Assembly (NCBI GenBank): GCA_040386535.1
Contig: JAZKFH010000047.1
Span: 32,001 to 96,000 of the forward strand
Reading direction: 5' to 3'
Source of the DNA: Myxococcota bacterium
Lineage (GTDB): Bacteria > Myxococcota_A > UBA796 > SXON01
DNA: 64,000 nt
Positions 43,160-55,358 of the stretch are shown in pieces. Each line of letters begins with the position of its first letter. Position 1 is the first letter of the stretch. Both the position numbers and the translations under genes were made by a program. The notes beneath the pieces were generated by a model. It made no database searches. It was not told the DNA's origin and worked only from the letters and a program-made list of their open reading frames with translations.

Positions 43160-43570
43160 TCAGTCGTCCTCGTCCTCGCCGCCGACGGCGTCGAAGAACC
43201 CGTCCGGGTCATCGTCGTCATCGTCGTCTTCTTCTTCCTTCTCGTCGTCCTCGTCCTTCGTGGTCCACTCGACCTCACAGACCTTCTCCATCAAGGAGAC
43301 GATCTCTTCGCCGGTGTACTCGAACTCGTCATTGCTCTCGAATTCTTCTTCGAGCAGCTCGAGGAGCGAGGCTTCCATCTCGCCGGACGACTCGAGCTTG
43401 AGGATGATCTCGACGCCGTCGTCGATCTTCATCTCCTCGGCGACCGTGCCGATGAGCTCGATGACGTACGCGGCCACGGTCTCGCCATCCGGCGCGCCGC
43501 TTTGAGCGTCGAAGTACTCGTCCAGCTGCTCGACGAGCGTGTCGCGCATCTCGTGCGGGAGCTGCATCAT
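43160..43570 (-). CDS. Small, extremely acidic hypothetical protein
   Basis: GAGGA SD. 136 aa with roughly 50 D/E against 6 K/R. Confidence 0.8.
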   Translation of the reverse strand: MMQLPHEMRDTLVEQLDEYFDAQSGAPDGETVAAYVIELIGTVAEEMKIDDGVEIILKLESSGEMEASLLELLEEEFESNDEFEYTGEEIVSLMEKVCEVEWTTKDEDDEKEEEDDDDDDDPDGFFDAVGGEDEDD

Positions 43571-43645
43571 GGTCCTCGTCTCTCCGATGGCCGCGCGTAT
43601 AGCGGGAACTCTCGCAGCGATCAAGGGGCCGCGATAGGTTCGTGG

Positions 43646-44926
43646 ATGCTCAACGTTCCCCCTACCCTTCCGAACGGACCGGGTGCTAGCTCGGCTCCTG
43701 CCCTTCCGTCCCTCTCCGACGCGCTGATCGCGGCCCTTCCGAAGACCGATCTTCACGTCCATCTCGACGGCTCGCTGCGCGTCAACACGCTCGTCGAGCT
43801 GGCCCGGGAGCGGAACGTCCCGCTGCCGTCGTTCACCGAGGAGGGGATGAACGAGCTCGTGTTCAAGCCGAGCTACGCGAACCTGGGCGAGTACCTGGCC
43901 GGCTTCGCATGGACCTGCGCCGTGATGCAGGACGCCGAGGCCATCGAGCGCATCGCCTACGAGTTCGCGCTGGACAACTGGGCCGAGGGCGTGCGCTACG
44001 TCGAGGTGCGCTTCGCCCCGCAGCTCCACCAGCACGTCGGGCTCGATGCCCGCGGCGTGCTCCGCGCCGTCCAGAAGGGGATGGACCGCGCCGCGAAGGA
44101 GGTCAACGCGACCCTCCCCGAGAACGCGCTCCCGTTCCGCTACGGCCTCATCGTCTGCGCCCTGCGCGCGTTCAACGAGACCGCGTCGACCTACTACGGG
44201 CAGCTGATGCGGGCGCTCTCGAAGGCGCCCCGCCGCAAGGTGTTCGGCCTCGCGTCGCTCGAGCTCGCGCGCGAAGCGGTGTGGGCGCGCGACGAGGCGG
44301 GCATCCCCGTCGTCGGGTTCGATCTGGCCGGCCAGGAGGACGGGTACCCCGCCGTCGACCACGTCGAGGCCTACGACTACGCGCACCAGAACTTCATGCA
44401 CAAGACCGTGCACGCGGGCGAGGCCTACGGCGCCGAGAGCATCTTCCAGTCGATCACGCTGCTGCACGCCGACCGCATCGGGCACGGCTACCTGCTCTTC
44501 TCCCCCGAGCGCGTGACCGATCCGAAGATCGCCGACAAGGAGGCCTACACCCGGCGCCTCGCGGACTTCATCGCGGACCGCCGCGTCACGATGGAGGTGT
44601 GCATCACGTCCAACCTCCAGACCAACCCCGCGATCGGCTCGGCGGCTGAGCATCCGCTCCGCAAGATGCTCGACCACCGCCTGTCCGTGGTGTTGTGCAC
44701 CGACAACCGGCTCGTCTCGCACACGACGGTGAGCAACGAGATCCGCGTCGCGGTCGACGCCCTCGGGGTGAACCACCGGCAGCTGCGCGACATCATCATC
44801 CACGGGTTCAAGCGCAGCTTCTACCCGGGCACGTACCTCGACAAGCGGGCGTACGTCCGCCAGGCGATCGACCACTACGATGCCGTCATCGCCCGCTTCG
44901 CCGCGGCGGAGGCGCTGGAGCGCTGA
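43646..44926 (+). CDS. add: Adenosine deaminase family protein
   Basis: LPKTDLHVHLDGS, YVEVRFAP, GFDLAG, TVHAGE, RIGHG, EVCITSN, CTDN. Confidence 0.9.
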   Translation: MLNVPPTLPNGPGASSAPALPSLSDALIAALPKTDLHVHLDGSLRVNTLVELARERNVPLPSFTEEGMNELVFKPSYANLGEYLAGFAWTCAVMQDAEAIERIAYEFALDNWAEGVRYVEVRFAPQLHQHVGLDARGVLRAVQKGMDRAAKEVNATLPENALPFRYGLIVCALRAFNETASTYYGQLMRALSKAPRRKVFGLASLELAREAVWARDEAGIPVVGFDLAGQEDGYPAVDHVEAYDYAHQNFMHKTVHAGEAYGAESIFQSITLLHADRIGHGYLLFSPERVTDPKIADKEAYTRRLADFIADRRVTMEVCITSNLQTNPAIGSAAEHPLRKMLDHRLSVVLCTDNRLVSHTTVSNEIRVAVDALGVNHRQLRDIIIHGFKRSFYPGTYLDKRAYVRQAIDHYDAVIARFAAAEALER

Positions 44927-44963
44927 GGCGGACGCGGCGCGCCCGACCCCGCGGTTCGCGCGA

Positions 44964-46616
44964 CTACTTCTTCCCGAACAAACGGGAGAAGAAGCCTCCG
45001 GGCGCCTCGGCCGCGGTCTCCCGCCCGAGGCGCTTCATCTCGCGCGCGGCGTCGGGGTTGGTCGGGCGGAGCTTGAGCGCGGCGACGAACGCGCGCCGCG
45101 CCGCGGCCTCGTGCCCCGTGGTGCGCAGGATGACGCCGTGGAGCACCCACACGTTGTCGAGCTTCTCGTTGGCCTGCAGGGCGGCCTGCACCCGCGCGGC
45201 GCCCTCGGTGGCGGCGGCCTCGTTGCGGGTGTGCTCGAGGCGGAACGTGGTGAACCCGGCGTAGGCGTTGAACTCGGGCTCGTCGGGCACCGCGCGGACG
45301 ACGCGCGCGAACAGCTCGTGCGCGTTCGGCAGGCGGCCGGCCTGCAGCTCGGCCACACCCCGCTTGAACTCGGACTCGGCTTCGAGGATGAGGCGCACGC
45401 GCTCCATCGCCTTCTCGTCTTCCGTCTTCTCGCCGCGGATCACCTTGGCGATGTAGGCCGCGCGCCGCTCCTCGTTCCCGAGCACCTCCCAGGCGCCGCG
45501 CACCCGGTCGAACAGCTCGCTCGCGACGTCCCGGACATCGGCGGGTTCGCTGACGTAGCGATCGGGGTGGAGCCGCTGGGCCAGCGCGAAGTAGGCGCGC
45601 CGATGGGTCTCCGGGACGTCCTCCCAGCCGGTGCCGAGCACGGCGAAGTGATCCTTCGCGGCGCGGATGCGCGTGAGCGCGGGGCCGAAGCGGGTCTCCA
45701 TCGGGTCGACGGCCGGCTGCGCCGGACGCCCGGCGCCGAAGGTGACGGTGACGCTGGCGCCGCCGAACGGACGCGCGTTGTCCTCCGGGTCGGGCGTGGG
45801 GGCTGTCGGCGGGGGGCGGGGCGGCGCGGCGACGGGGCGCGCGGGCGGGACCGGCGAGGGGGCGGCCACGGGCGAAGGGGCGGCCACGGGCGGCGCGGGC
45901 GCGGTGTCGAGCTCGCCGCGGATCAGATCCGCGATGTCGTCGACGGTGAGCTCGGGCTGCGGCGGGCCGGCGGGCGCCGGGGTGGAAGGTGCGGGGGGGG
46001 CGGGCGGCAGCACCGCCGCGGCGGGCATGGACCCGAACACCTCGATGGACGACGCGGTGCTGTCCGACTCCACCGCGCCGAGCGCCCAGGCGAGGGCGAC
46101 CGCGCGGGCGATCACGTCGGGCTCGTCGGGGCCAAAATCGATCACGTCCTCCAACGGCCGCCCGCCGTCGAGCTCGAGGAGGTAGCGCGTGACCTCCGCG
46201 CCGGCGGGGATGCGGGCGAGCAGGAGGGCCTGGAGCGGCACGGCGCGGGGCGCGGCGTCCGCCGGCATCGGCGCGAGCTGGTCGGCGGCACCCCAGAGGA
46301 GCGCGATCGCATCGTGCGGCTCGAACGCGGGCGCGGGCGCGCCCGGATGGACCACGACCTCCCCGACGGCCTCGCGGAGCGCCTCGTGCACCCGCAGCTG
46401 CGCCACCGCGGCGGCCAGCGCCTCGGCGTCCAGACCGGGGACACGCTCGGCGATGCGCTCGGGCGACTCGCTCTTGAGGTTGGACTGCACGAGCACCAGC
46501 ACGCCCGCGCGGAAGAAGAAGAGGCGGCGGCGCTTCTCGTGGCGCCATTCCACCGCGCAGTTCGAGCTCTCCCGCACCGCGCGACAGAGCTCGACGGCGA
46601 GGCTGCGTCCGGTCAT
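44964..46616 (-). CDS. J-domain + TPR protein with Pro-rich linker
   Basis: DHFAVLG, RAYFALAQRLHPD, AWEVL...RRAAY, C-terminal TPRs, terminal FFSRLFGKK. Confidence 0.85.
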   Translation of the reverse strand: MTGRSLAVELCRAVRESSNCAVEWRHEKRRRLFFFRAGVLVLVQSNLKSESPERIAERVPGLDAEALAAAVAQLRVHEALREAVGEVVVHPGAPAPAFEPHDAIALLWGAADQLAPMPADAAPRAVPLQALLLARIPAGAEVTRYLLELDGGRPLEDVIDFGPDEPDVIARAVALAWALGAVESDSTASSIEVFGSMPAAAVLPPAPPAPSTPAPAGPPQPELTVDDIADLIRGELDTAPAPPVAAPSPVAAPSPVPPARPVAAPPRPPPTAPTPDPEDNARPFGGASVTVTFGAGRPAQPAVDPMETRFGPALTRIRAAKDHFAVLGTGWEDVPETHRRAYFALAQRLHPDRYVSEPADVRDVASELFDRVRGAWEVLGNEERRAAYIAKVIRGEKTEDEKAMERVRLILEAESEFKRGVAELQAGRLPNAHELFARVVRAVPDEPEFNAYAGFTTFRLEHTRNEAAATEGAARVQAALQANEKLDNVWVLHGVILRTTGHEAAARRAFVAALKLRPTNPDAAREMKRLGRETAAEAPGGFFSRLFGKK

Positions 46617-48484
46617 GTCTTGCGCTCGCTCATGTCACGGAGCTCCGGCTCGAAGCTCCGGAGCGCCTCGCGCGCGGGCTCGAACTCGTGGTTCATCTCC
46701 ACGGCGCTGCGCAGGAGGCGCCGCGCGTCGTCGAGCTCGCCGCGCGCGCCGAGCAGGCGCCCCAGGTAGTAGAGGGCGTACTCGTCGTCGGGGTCGAGCG
46801 CGAGCGCGCGGCGCAGCTCGCCCTCGCCCGCCGCGGTGTCCTCGGGACAGGCCTGGTGGCGCGCCCACCCGAGCATCGCCAGGATGTCGGCGGCCTCGCC
46901 CTCGAGCAGGATCGCCATGTGGAACAACGCCGCCGCGGTCACGAACTCGCCGCGGAGGAAGAGCTCTCTCGCGCGTTCGGCCTGGAGCACGGCGTGGTCC
47001 TCCATCCCGATCTGGCCCTGCCGCACGCCCGCCTCGCCGCCGAGCCGGGCGTCGTAGATCGCGCGGCGCGCCGGGTCGGACAGGACGCGGCCGGCCTCCA
47101 GGGCGCGCTCGTACACGGCGCGGCCGCAGGCACGGGCGGCATCGTCCAGCGCGACGGGGTGTCCGTCGGGGTGGAAGCGGGCGAGCGTGGCGACGGTGGT
47201 GGTGTTGATCTCGTCGCTGTCGGCGTCGGGCTGGAGGCCGAGGACGGTGTAGTGGTTGGCGTCGAGCAGGGCGCGATGCTCGGCCCGCAGGCGGGCGGCG
47301 AGCGCGGTGGCGTCGAGCTCGGCGAGGCCCGCGTCCCGGCTCTGCGCCGAGGCGGCATCCTCCGAGAGGGACGCGAGGCCCCAGTCCCGCAGCAGGCAGA
47401 GCAGCGTGGCGGCGCGCGGGCCGGAGACCCGCACACAATCCCCGGCGGGCGCACCCCCGACGAGCAGGGCGCGCAGGACACCGAGCGAGTTGTCGGGATC
47501 GAAGAGGGGCCAGAGGGCGAGGACGGCCGGGTCGAGGCGGACGTAGAGGGGCAGCTCCGCCTCGTTGAGCGAGAGGGGCTCCTGCTGGAGGCGCCACGCG
47601 ATGATGGCGGGGTGCACGTCGAAGCCGGCGAGCCCGATCGTCTCGGCGGGATCGAGCACGTAGCGCCCTTCGGCGAGCTGTCCGATCCCGACGGCGCGGC
47701 GCAGCACCTGCTCCTGGAGCGCGCGCTCCACCGCCCGCCGCTCGATGAGCTGCGAGCGGAGCAGCACCTCGCCGAGGGGGGTGCCGCTCCGGCGCCCCTC
47801 TTCGATGCTGGCGGCGAGGTGCTCGGGCGAGAGGATGCCGAGCTGCAGCAGGACCTGCCCGAAGCCCGTGGCCTGATCGTTGGAGCGGGCCGCGACGGGG
47901 GCGCCCCGCGCGATGGAGAGCTTGGCGCGCAGGCCCTCGGCCCCCTCGGCCTCGAGTACGCCGGTGAACCGGGTCGTGTGGAGGCGGCGCAGCAGCGGGA
48001 CGAAGCCGCCGGGGACGAGATCGCCCTCCTCTCGCGCGGGGGGGAGCTCCGTGGCGTCGCACGCCTCGATCCGGGGCACGCGGACCACACCCGGGCGAAG
48101 GGACTCCACCGGCGCCTCTTCGGCCTCGGCGCGGGGGGAGATCGCCGCGAGCAGCTCGGCGCGGCCCACCGGCCGGGCGAGGAAGGCGTCGGCGCCGGCC
48201 GCGAGCGCGGCGTCCCGCGCGTCGGTGCGCGCGGAGAACAGGACGATGTGGACGCGCTCGCCCCACGGCGACATGCGGATGTGCGCGCACACCGCCGTGC
48301 CGTCGAGGCCGGGGAGCACCAGGTTGGCCACGACGAGCGCGGGGCGCAGCTCGGCGAAGCGGCGGAGCGCTTCCTGCCCGTTCTCCGCCGTCTCCACCTG
48401 CCAGCCGAATTCGACCAGCCAGTCGGAGATGACCGCCGTGGCGTCAGGATCGTCCTCGATGAGCAACGCGACCGGTTCGGCCAT
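46613..48484 (-). CDS. Atypical receiver + DUF4388-like + J-domain + TPR protein
   Basis: LLIEDD..LPGLDG..GADAFL, FTGVL, PLGEVLL, NHYTVLG..FHPD..LSDPARRAIYD, TPRs. Confidence 0.85.
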   Translation of the reverse strand: MAEPVALLIEDDPDATAVISDWLVEFGWQVETAENGQEALRRFAELRPALVVANLVLPGLDGTAVCAHIRMSPWGERVHIVLFSARTDARDAALAAGADAFLARPVGRAELLAAISPRAEAEEAPVESLRPGVVRVPRIEACDATELPPAREEGDLVPGGFVPLLRRLHTTRFTGVLEAEGAEGLRAKLSIARGAPVAARSNDQATGFGQVLLQLGILSPEHLAASIEEGRRSGTPLGEVLLRSQLIERRAVERALQEQVLRRAVGIGQLAEGRYVLDPAETIGLAGFDVHPAIIAWRLQQEPLSLNEAELPLYVRLDPAVLALWPLFDPDNSLGVLRALLVGGAPAGDCVRVSGPRAATLLCLLRDWGLASLSEDAASAQSRDAGLAELDATALAARLRAEHRALLDANHYTVLGLQPDADSDEINTTTVATLARFHPDGHPVALDDAARACGRAVYERALEAGRVLSDPARRAIYDARLGGEAGVRQGQIGMEDHAVLQAERARELFLRGEFVTAAALFHMAILLEGEAADILAMLGWARHQACPEDTAAGEGELRRALALDPDDEYALYYLGRLLGARGELDDARRLLRSAVEMNHEFEPAREALRSFEPELRDMSERKT

Positions 48485-48665
48485 GGCTTCGCTTCGCAAG
48501 CCCCTCGGCGCGAGTATAACGGTAGACGCGCTCGGGGTGGCGGGCGTGCCCCATGCAGCCTGCGATGTCGGGGCGCGGGGGGTGGGGATCGGGGCGGAAG
48601 TGCGGTGCGGGGTCGGTCAGATTCTGGTCGCCGGGCGTGCTACGTTTCGTGCCTGCGAGGCCCCC

Positions 48666-49295
<630 letters not shown>

Positions 49296-49303
49296 TGCCG
49301 GTC

Positions 49304-49338
49304 GGCTCGCTCGGGCGTTCTGGCGCCCCGAGCGAGCC
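49304..49338. terminator. Hairpin between convergent ssb and lipoprotein gene
   Basis: 12-bp perfect stem GGCTCGCTCGGG / CCCGAGCGAGCC. Confidence 0.65.
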
Positions 49339-49782
49339 CTACCAGGGCCGGTCGGCGCCCATGGGTGACTGTTCGGCGTCCACCCTCCAGGTGTTCGGCT
49401 GGCTGCGCACCCAGTGCTGCTCTACGGTCACGACGTCGACACGGCCGCGGCGCACGTCGTACGCCTCGATGCGCACCACGACGATCCCCTCGCGGGTCTC
49501 CGGCAGGCGCGCCTCCTCCAGCTCGTCGCCCACGACCACCTGCACCACGGACACGTCCGTCATGCGCACCCGCGGATCGGCGAGCAGGCGCCCGAGCTTC
49601 AGCTTCTCCTCGGGCGTCTCGAGGAACGCGGCGGCGCCGCCCGGATCGTTCCAGCGCACGGAGAGCCAGTAGTCGTTCACCGCGGTGGCGAGCGTCCCCG
49701 TGTCCCGCCGCTCCTTCATCTTGAGGCGTACGGCGGGGCTGCAGGCAGCCATCAGCAAGACCAACGGAAGGGCGACGCGCAT
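49339..49782 (-). CDS. Hypothetical lipoprotein
   Basis: Lipobox MRVALPLVLLMAA-C. Protein-like composition. Confidence 0.75.
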   Translation of the reverse strand: MRVALPLVLLMAACSPAVRLKMKERRDTGTLATAVNDYWLSVRWNDPGGAAAFLETPEEKLKLGRLLADPRVRMTDVSVVQVVVGDELEEARLPETREGIVVVRIEAYDVRRGRVDVVTVEQHWVRSQPNTWRVDAEQSPMGADRPW

Positions 49783-49802
49783 CGCGGCGGATATATCGCC
49801 CC

Positions 49803-50111
49803 ATGCCCGTTGTCGCGCGCCTCGTGGTCCTCGCCCTCGCGTCCCTCTCGCTCGGCGTGGGCTGCACCCACCGGGTGGCGCTCCTCTCCGACCCCGTCGG
49901 CGCCTACGTCACGATGGGGGAGACCCGCGTGGGCGTCGCGCCCGTCGAGATCGTGGTGCCCGCCTTCGGAGGGCGCGTCGTGTCCGTGCAGCGCACCGGC
50001 TACCGCACCGTCGAGCTGAAGCTCCCCCTGCTCCCGCCGCGCGAGGTGGAGGTGCGCCTCGTGCCCGAGCACGGCGGCGCCGGCTCGTGGGACCCCGAGG
50101 ACATCGACTGA
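49803..50111 (+). CDS. PEGA-like small lipoprotein
   Basis: Lipobox LGVG-C and the PEGA pattern SDPVGAYV..G..VG.AP..R.GY. Confidence 0.7.
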   Translation: MPVVARLVVLALASLSLGVGCTHRVALLSDPVGAYVTMGETRVGVAPVEIVVPAFGGRVVSVQRTGYRTVELKLPLLPPREVEVRLVPEHGGAGSWDPEDID

Positions 50112-50166
50112 ACGGGGGCGCCGCCCGCCACGCAGGCAGGCGGCGCGTCACATCATTGGACCAGCA

Positions 50167-52008
<1,842 letters not shown>

Positions 52009-52135
52009 GGGTCGGCTCCGGGGGGTGGAGCAGGAGATAGGAACGCCTGCCGACGACGTCAAGCGCCTTCGTGGGGGGCCCGCGACCCGGGATCGGTGGA
52101 TCGGTTAGATGGGCGGGTCGCAGCGAGAGAACCCG

Positions 52136-54703
52136 ATGGATTCCTTTGCACGCCTGCTCGTGCCCATCCAGATCGAAGAGGAGATGCGCTCCTCCTACCT
52201 CGATTATTCGATGTCGGTCATCGTCGGCCGTGCGCTGCCCGACGTCCGGGACGGCCTCAAGCCGGTGCACCGTCGCGTCCTCTACGCCATGCTCCGCAAC
52301 GGCCTCGTCCACAACCGCGCCTACCGCAAGTGCGCGAACGTCGTCGGCGAGGTGCTCGGCAAGTACCATCCCCATGGCGACGCCTCGGTGTACGACGCGC
52401 TGGTCCGCATGGCGCAGCCGTGGAACATGCGGTACCTCCTGGTGGACGGGCAGGGGAACTTCGGCAGTGTCGACGGGGACAATGCCGCGGCCTACCGCTA
52501 CACCGAGTGCCGCATGACGGCGCTCGCCGAGGAGCTCCTCGTCGACATCGACAAGGAGACCGTCAACTTCACGCCGAACTTCGACGGCAGGAACGAGGAG
52601 CCCGAGGTCCTCCCGGCCGCGTTCCCGAACCTCCTGGTGAACGGGTCCGAGGGCATCGCGGTCGGCATGGCGACCAAGATCCCGCCGCACAACCTCACCG
52701 AGGTCATCAACGGCCTGCTCGCGATGATCGAGAACCCCGACATCGATATCGACGGGTTGATGAAGTACATCCCCGCGCCGGACTTCCCGACCGCGGGCAC
52801 GATCTACGGCTACGAGGGCGTGCGCGAGGCGTACAACACCGGCCGCGGCCGCCTCATCGTGCGCGGCAAGATCGAGTTCGAGGAAGTGGAGAACCGCGAG
52901 GCGATCATCATCACGGAGCTGCCGTTCCAGGTGAACAAGGCGCGCCTCCAGGAAGAGATCGCCGACCAGGTCAAGGAGAAGCGCCTCGAGGGCATCCACG
53001 CCATCCGCGACGAGTCCGACCGCCAGGGCATGCGCGTCGTGATCGAGCTCAAGCGGGACGCCGTGCGCGAGGTGGTCGTGAACCACCTCTACAAGCAGAC
53101 CCAGCTCCAGAACACGTTCGGAATCATCTTCCTGGCGATCGTCCAGCAGCGGCCGCAGATCCTGAACCTCAAGGAGCTGCTCCAGCACTACCTGGGGCAC
53201 CGCCGCGAGGTCACCCTCCGCCGCACCCGCTACGAGCTCCGCAAGGCCCGGGAGCGCGCGCACATCCTCGAGGGGCTGCGCATCGCGCTCGACCACATCG
53301 ACGCGGTCATCGCGCTCATCCGCGCGTCCCGCACGACGGACGAGGCGCGCCAGGGCCTCATGGACACGTTCGCGCTGTCCGAGGTCCAGTCCCAGGCCAT
53401 CCTCGACATGCGTCTGCAGCGCCTCGTGGGGTTGGAGCGCGACAAGATCGAGGACGAGTACAAGGAGCTCATGGGCCGCATCGAGTGGCTCCTCTCCATC
53501 CTCGGCAACGAGAAGGTGCTGTTCGAGGTCATCACCAAGGAGCTCGTCGCCATCCGCGACCAGTTCGGCGATGCGCGCCGCACCAACATCATCGGGGACA
53601 GCGCCTCGCTCACCCTGAACGATCTGATCGCCGAAGAAGAGCAGGTCGTGACCCTCTCCCGGCTCGGGTACATCAAGCGCACGTCGATGACCGAGTTCCG
53701 CATGCAGAAGCGCGGCGGACTCGGCAAGACGGGCATGAACACCCGCGACCAGGACGTCGTCACCGACATCTTCCTGGCGAACACCCACGGCTACATCCTC
53801 GCGTTCACCAACACGGGGCGCCTCTACTGGGTGCGCGTGTACGACCTGCCCGAGGCCGCGCCCAACGCCCGCGGTAAGCCGATCGTCAACTTCGCGCAGC
53901 TCGCCACGGGCGAGAAGGTCGCGAGCGTGGTGTCCGTCAAGGACTTCGGCGAGCCGCTCGATCTCATCTTCGTGAGCCGCCGCGGCTTCGTGAAGCGCAC
54001 GCCGCTCTCCGCGTACGGCAACGTGCGCGCGGCCGGCCTCGCCGCGTGTGATCTCGTCGAGGGGGACGAGGTGCTCCGCGTCAGCCTCGCCGAGCGCGGC
54101 GCCGACATTCTCCTCGCCACCAAGCGGGGCCGGGCGCTCCGCTTCGCCGGCGCGAAGGTTCGCCAGATGGGCCGCATCGCCCGCGGCGTGCGCGGCATCC
54201 GCCTCCGGAACGAGGAGGACGCCGTGGTCGACCTCGCGGTGCTCTCCGCCGAGGGCGTCTCCTTCCTCGTGACCGTGACCGCGAACGGCTACGGCAAGCG
54301 GACGGCCCTGGCCGACTACCCCACCAAGGGGCGCGGTACCGGCGGCGTGCTCGACATCGTGGCCGACGCCCGCAATGGGGACGTCGTCGCGACGATCGCC
54401 ATGGACGACGGCGATCAGCTGCTCCTCATCACGGACAGCGGCCGCATCATCCGCATGCGCCTCGAAGACATCCGGCTCGTGGGCCGGCGCACCCGCGGCG
54501 TGCGCCTCATGCGCCTCTCGGAGGACGAGCGCATCGTCGCGGTCGAACGAATTCTCAAGGACACGGCGGACGCCGTGGGGGATGCGCTCGCGCCGGAGGA
54601 CAAGCCGCCTGAGGCCGAAGCCGACGAGGCCGTGGCCGACGAGGTGGTGGACGAGGCCGACGACGAAGAGGGAGATGCCGACGAGGGCGAGGCGGACGAG
54701 TGA
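52136..54703 (+). CDS. gyrA: DNA gyrase subunit A (start 52109 or 52136)
   Basis: SYLDYSMSVIVGRALPDVRDGLKPVHRR, YHPHGD, AAYRYTE, GyrA-box QKRGGLG, acidic tail. Confidence 0.98.
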   Translation: MDSFARLLVPIQIEEEMRSSYLDYSMSVIVGRALPDVRDGLKPVHRRVLYAMLRNGLVHNRAYRKCANVVGEVLGKYHPHGDASVYDALVRMAQPWNMRYLLVDGQGNFGSVDGDNAAAYRYTECRMTALAEELLVDIDKETVNFTPNFDGRNEEPEVLPAAFPNLLVNGSEGIAVGMATKIPPHNLTEVINGLLAMIENPDIDIDGLMKYIPAPDFPTAGTIYGYEGVREAYNTGRGRLIVRGKIEFEEVENREAIIITELPFQVNKARLQEEIADQVKEKRLEGIHAIRDESDRQGMRVVIELKRDAVREVVVNHLYKQTQLQNTFGIIFLAIVQQRPQILNLKELLQHYLGHRREVTLRRTRYELRKARERAHILEGLRIALDHIDAVIALIRASRTTDEARQGLMDTFALSEVQSQAILDMRLQRLVGLERDKIEDEYKELMGRIEWLLSILGNEKVLFEVITKELVAIRDQFGDARRTNIIGDSASLTLNDLIAEEEQVVTLSRLGYIKRTSMTEFRMQKRGGLGKTGMNTRDQDVVTDIFLANTHGYILAFTNTGRLYWVRVYDLPEAAPNARGKPIVNFAQLATGEKVASVVSVKDFGEPLDLIFVSRRGFVKRTPLSAYGNVRAAGLAACDLVEGDEVLRVSLAERGADILLATKRGRALRFAGAKVRQMGRIARGVRGIRLRNEEDAVVDLAVLSAEGVSFLVTVTANGYGKRTALADYPTKGRGTGGVLDIVADARNGDVVATIAMDDGDQLLLITDSGRIIRMRLEDIRLVGRRTRGVRLMRLSEDERIVAVERILKDTADAVGDALAPEDKPPEAEADEAVADEVVDEADDEEGDADEGEADE

Positions 54704-54746
54704 AGGTAATAGTCCGCGCGCTTCGGCTTACGGTAGCATCCCTCCC

Positions 54747-55358
54747 ATGCTCCCCCACATGCTGAAAAACGCGGCTCGCCGCTACCTTCTTGGTGCCGTC
54801 GCCCTGCCGCTCACGGTCGGGATCCTGGGGCTGGTGGCCGTGCTGGGCCCCTGGACCCCGTTGGCGCTCGATCGGGCCAACGCGCGCTACACCGCCGGGG
54901 ACGTGGCCGGCGCGGAAGAGGCGTATGCGGCGCTCGCCGAAGGGTGGACCACCCCCGCGACCCGGGCCGAGGCGGCCACGCGCGCGGGACTCCTGGCCCT
55001 GGCCCGGGGCGACGCGGGCGAGGCCGCGGAGCGGCTCCGGCGGGCGGTCGATCTGCACCCCGACGCCGATCGCCGCGCGGACGTGCGCATCCAGCTCGCG
55101 GGCGTGTACCGGGACCAGCTGTCCGATCCGGCCCGCGCCGCCGAGGAATACGAGCGCGCCGTGTTGGACGCCGACGCGGCCGCCACGCTCGTCGCCGCGG
55201 CGACCTGCTGGGAGCGGGCGGGCCAGATCGACCGCGCGGTCGACGCGTGGATGCGCGCCGTCAACGCGCCGGGGGACGACGCGGCGCGCGAGCAAGCCGA
55301 AGCGGGGCTGCTCCGGGCTGAACGCTCGATGGTCGCCGTGGTAGATGCGGAGCCATGA
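54747..55358 (+). CDS. Membrane-anchored TPR protein
   Basis: N-terminal TM segment followed by TPR-like helices (GDAGEAAERLRRAVDLHP). Confidence 0.7.
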   Translation: MLPHMLKNAARRYLLGAVALPLTVGILGLVAVLGPWTPLALDRANARYTAGDVAGAEEAYAALAEGWTTPATRAEAATRAGLLALARGDAGEAAERLRRAVDLHPDADRRADVRIQLAGVYRDQLSDPARAAEEYERAVLDADAAATLVAAATCWERAGQIDRAVDAWMRAVNAPGDDAAREQAEAGLLRAERSMVAVVDAEP

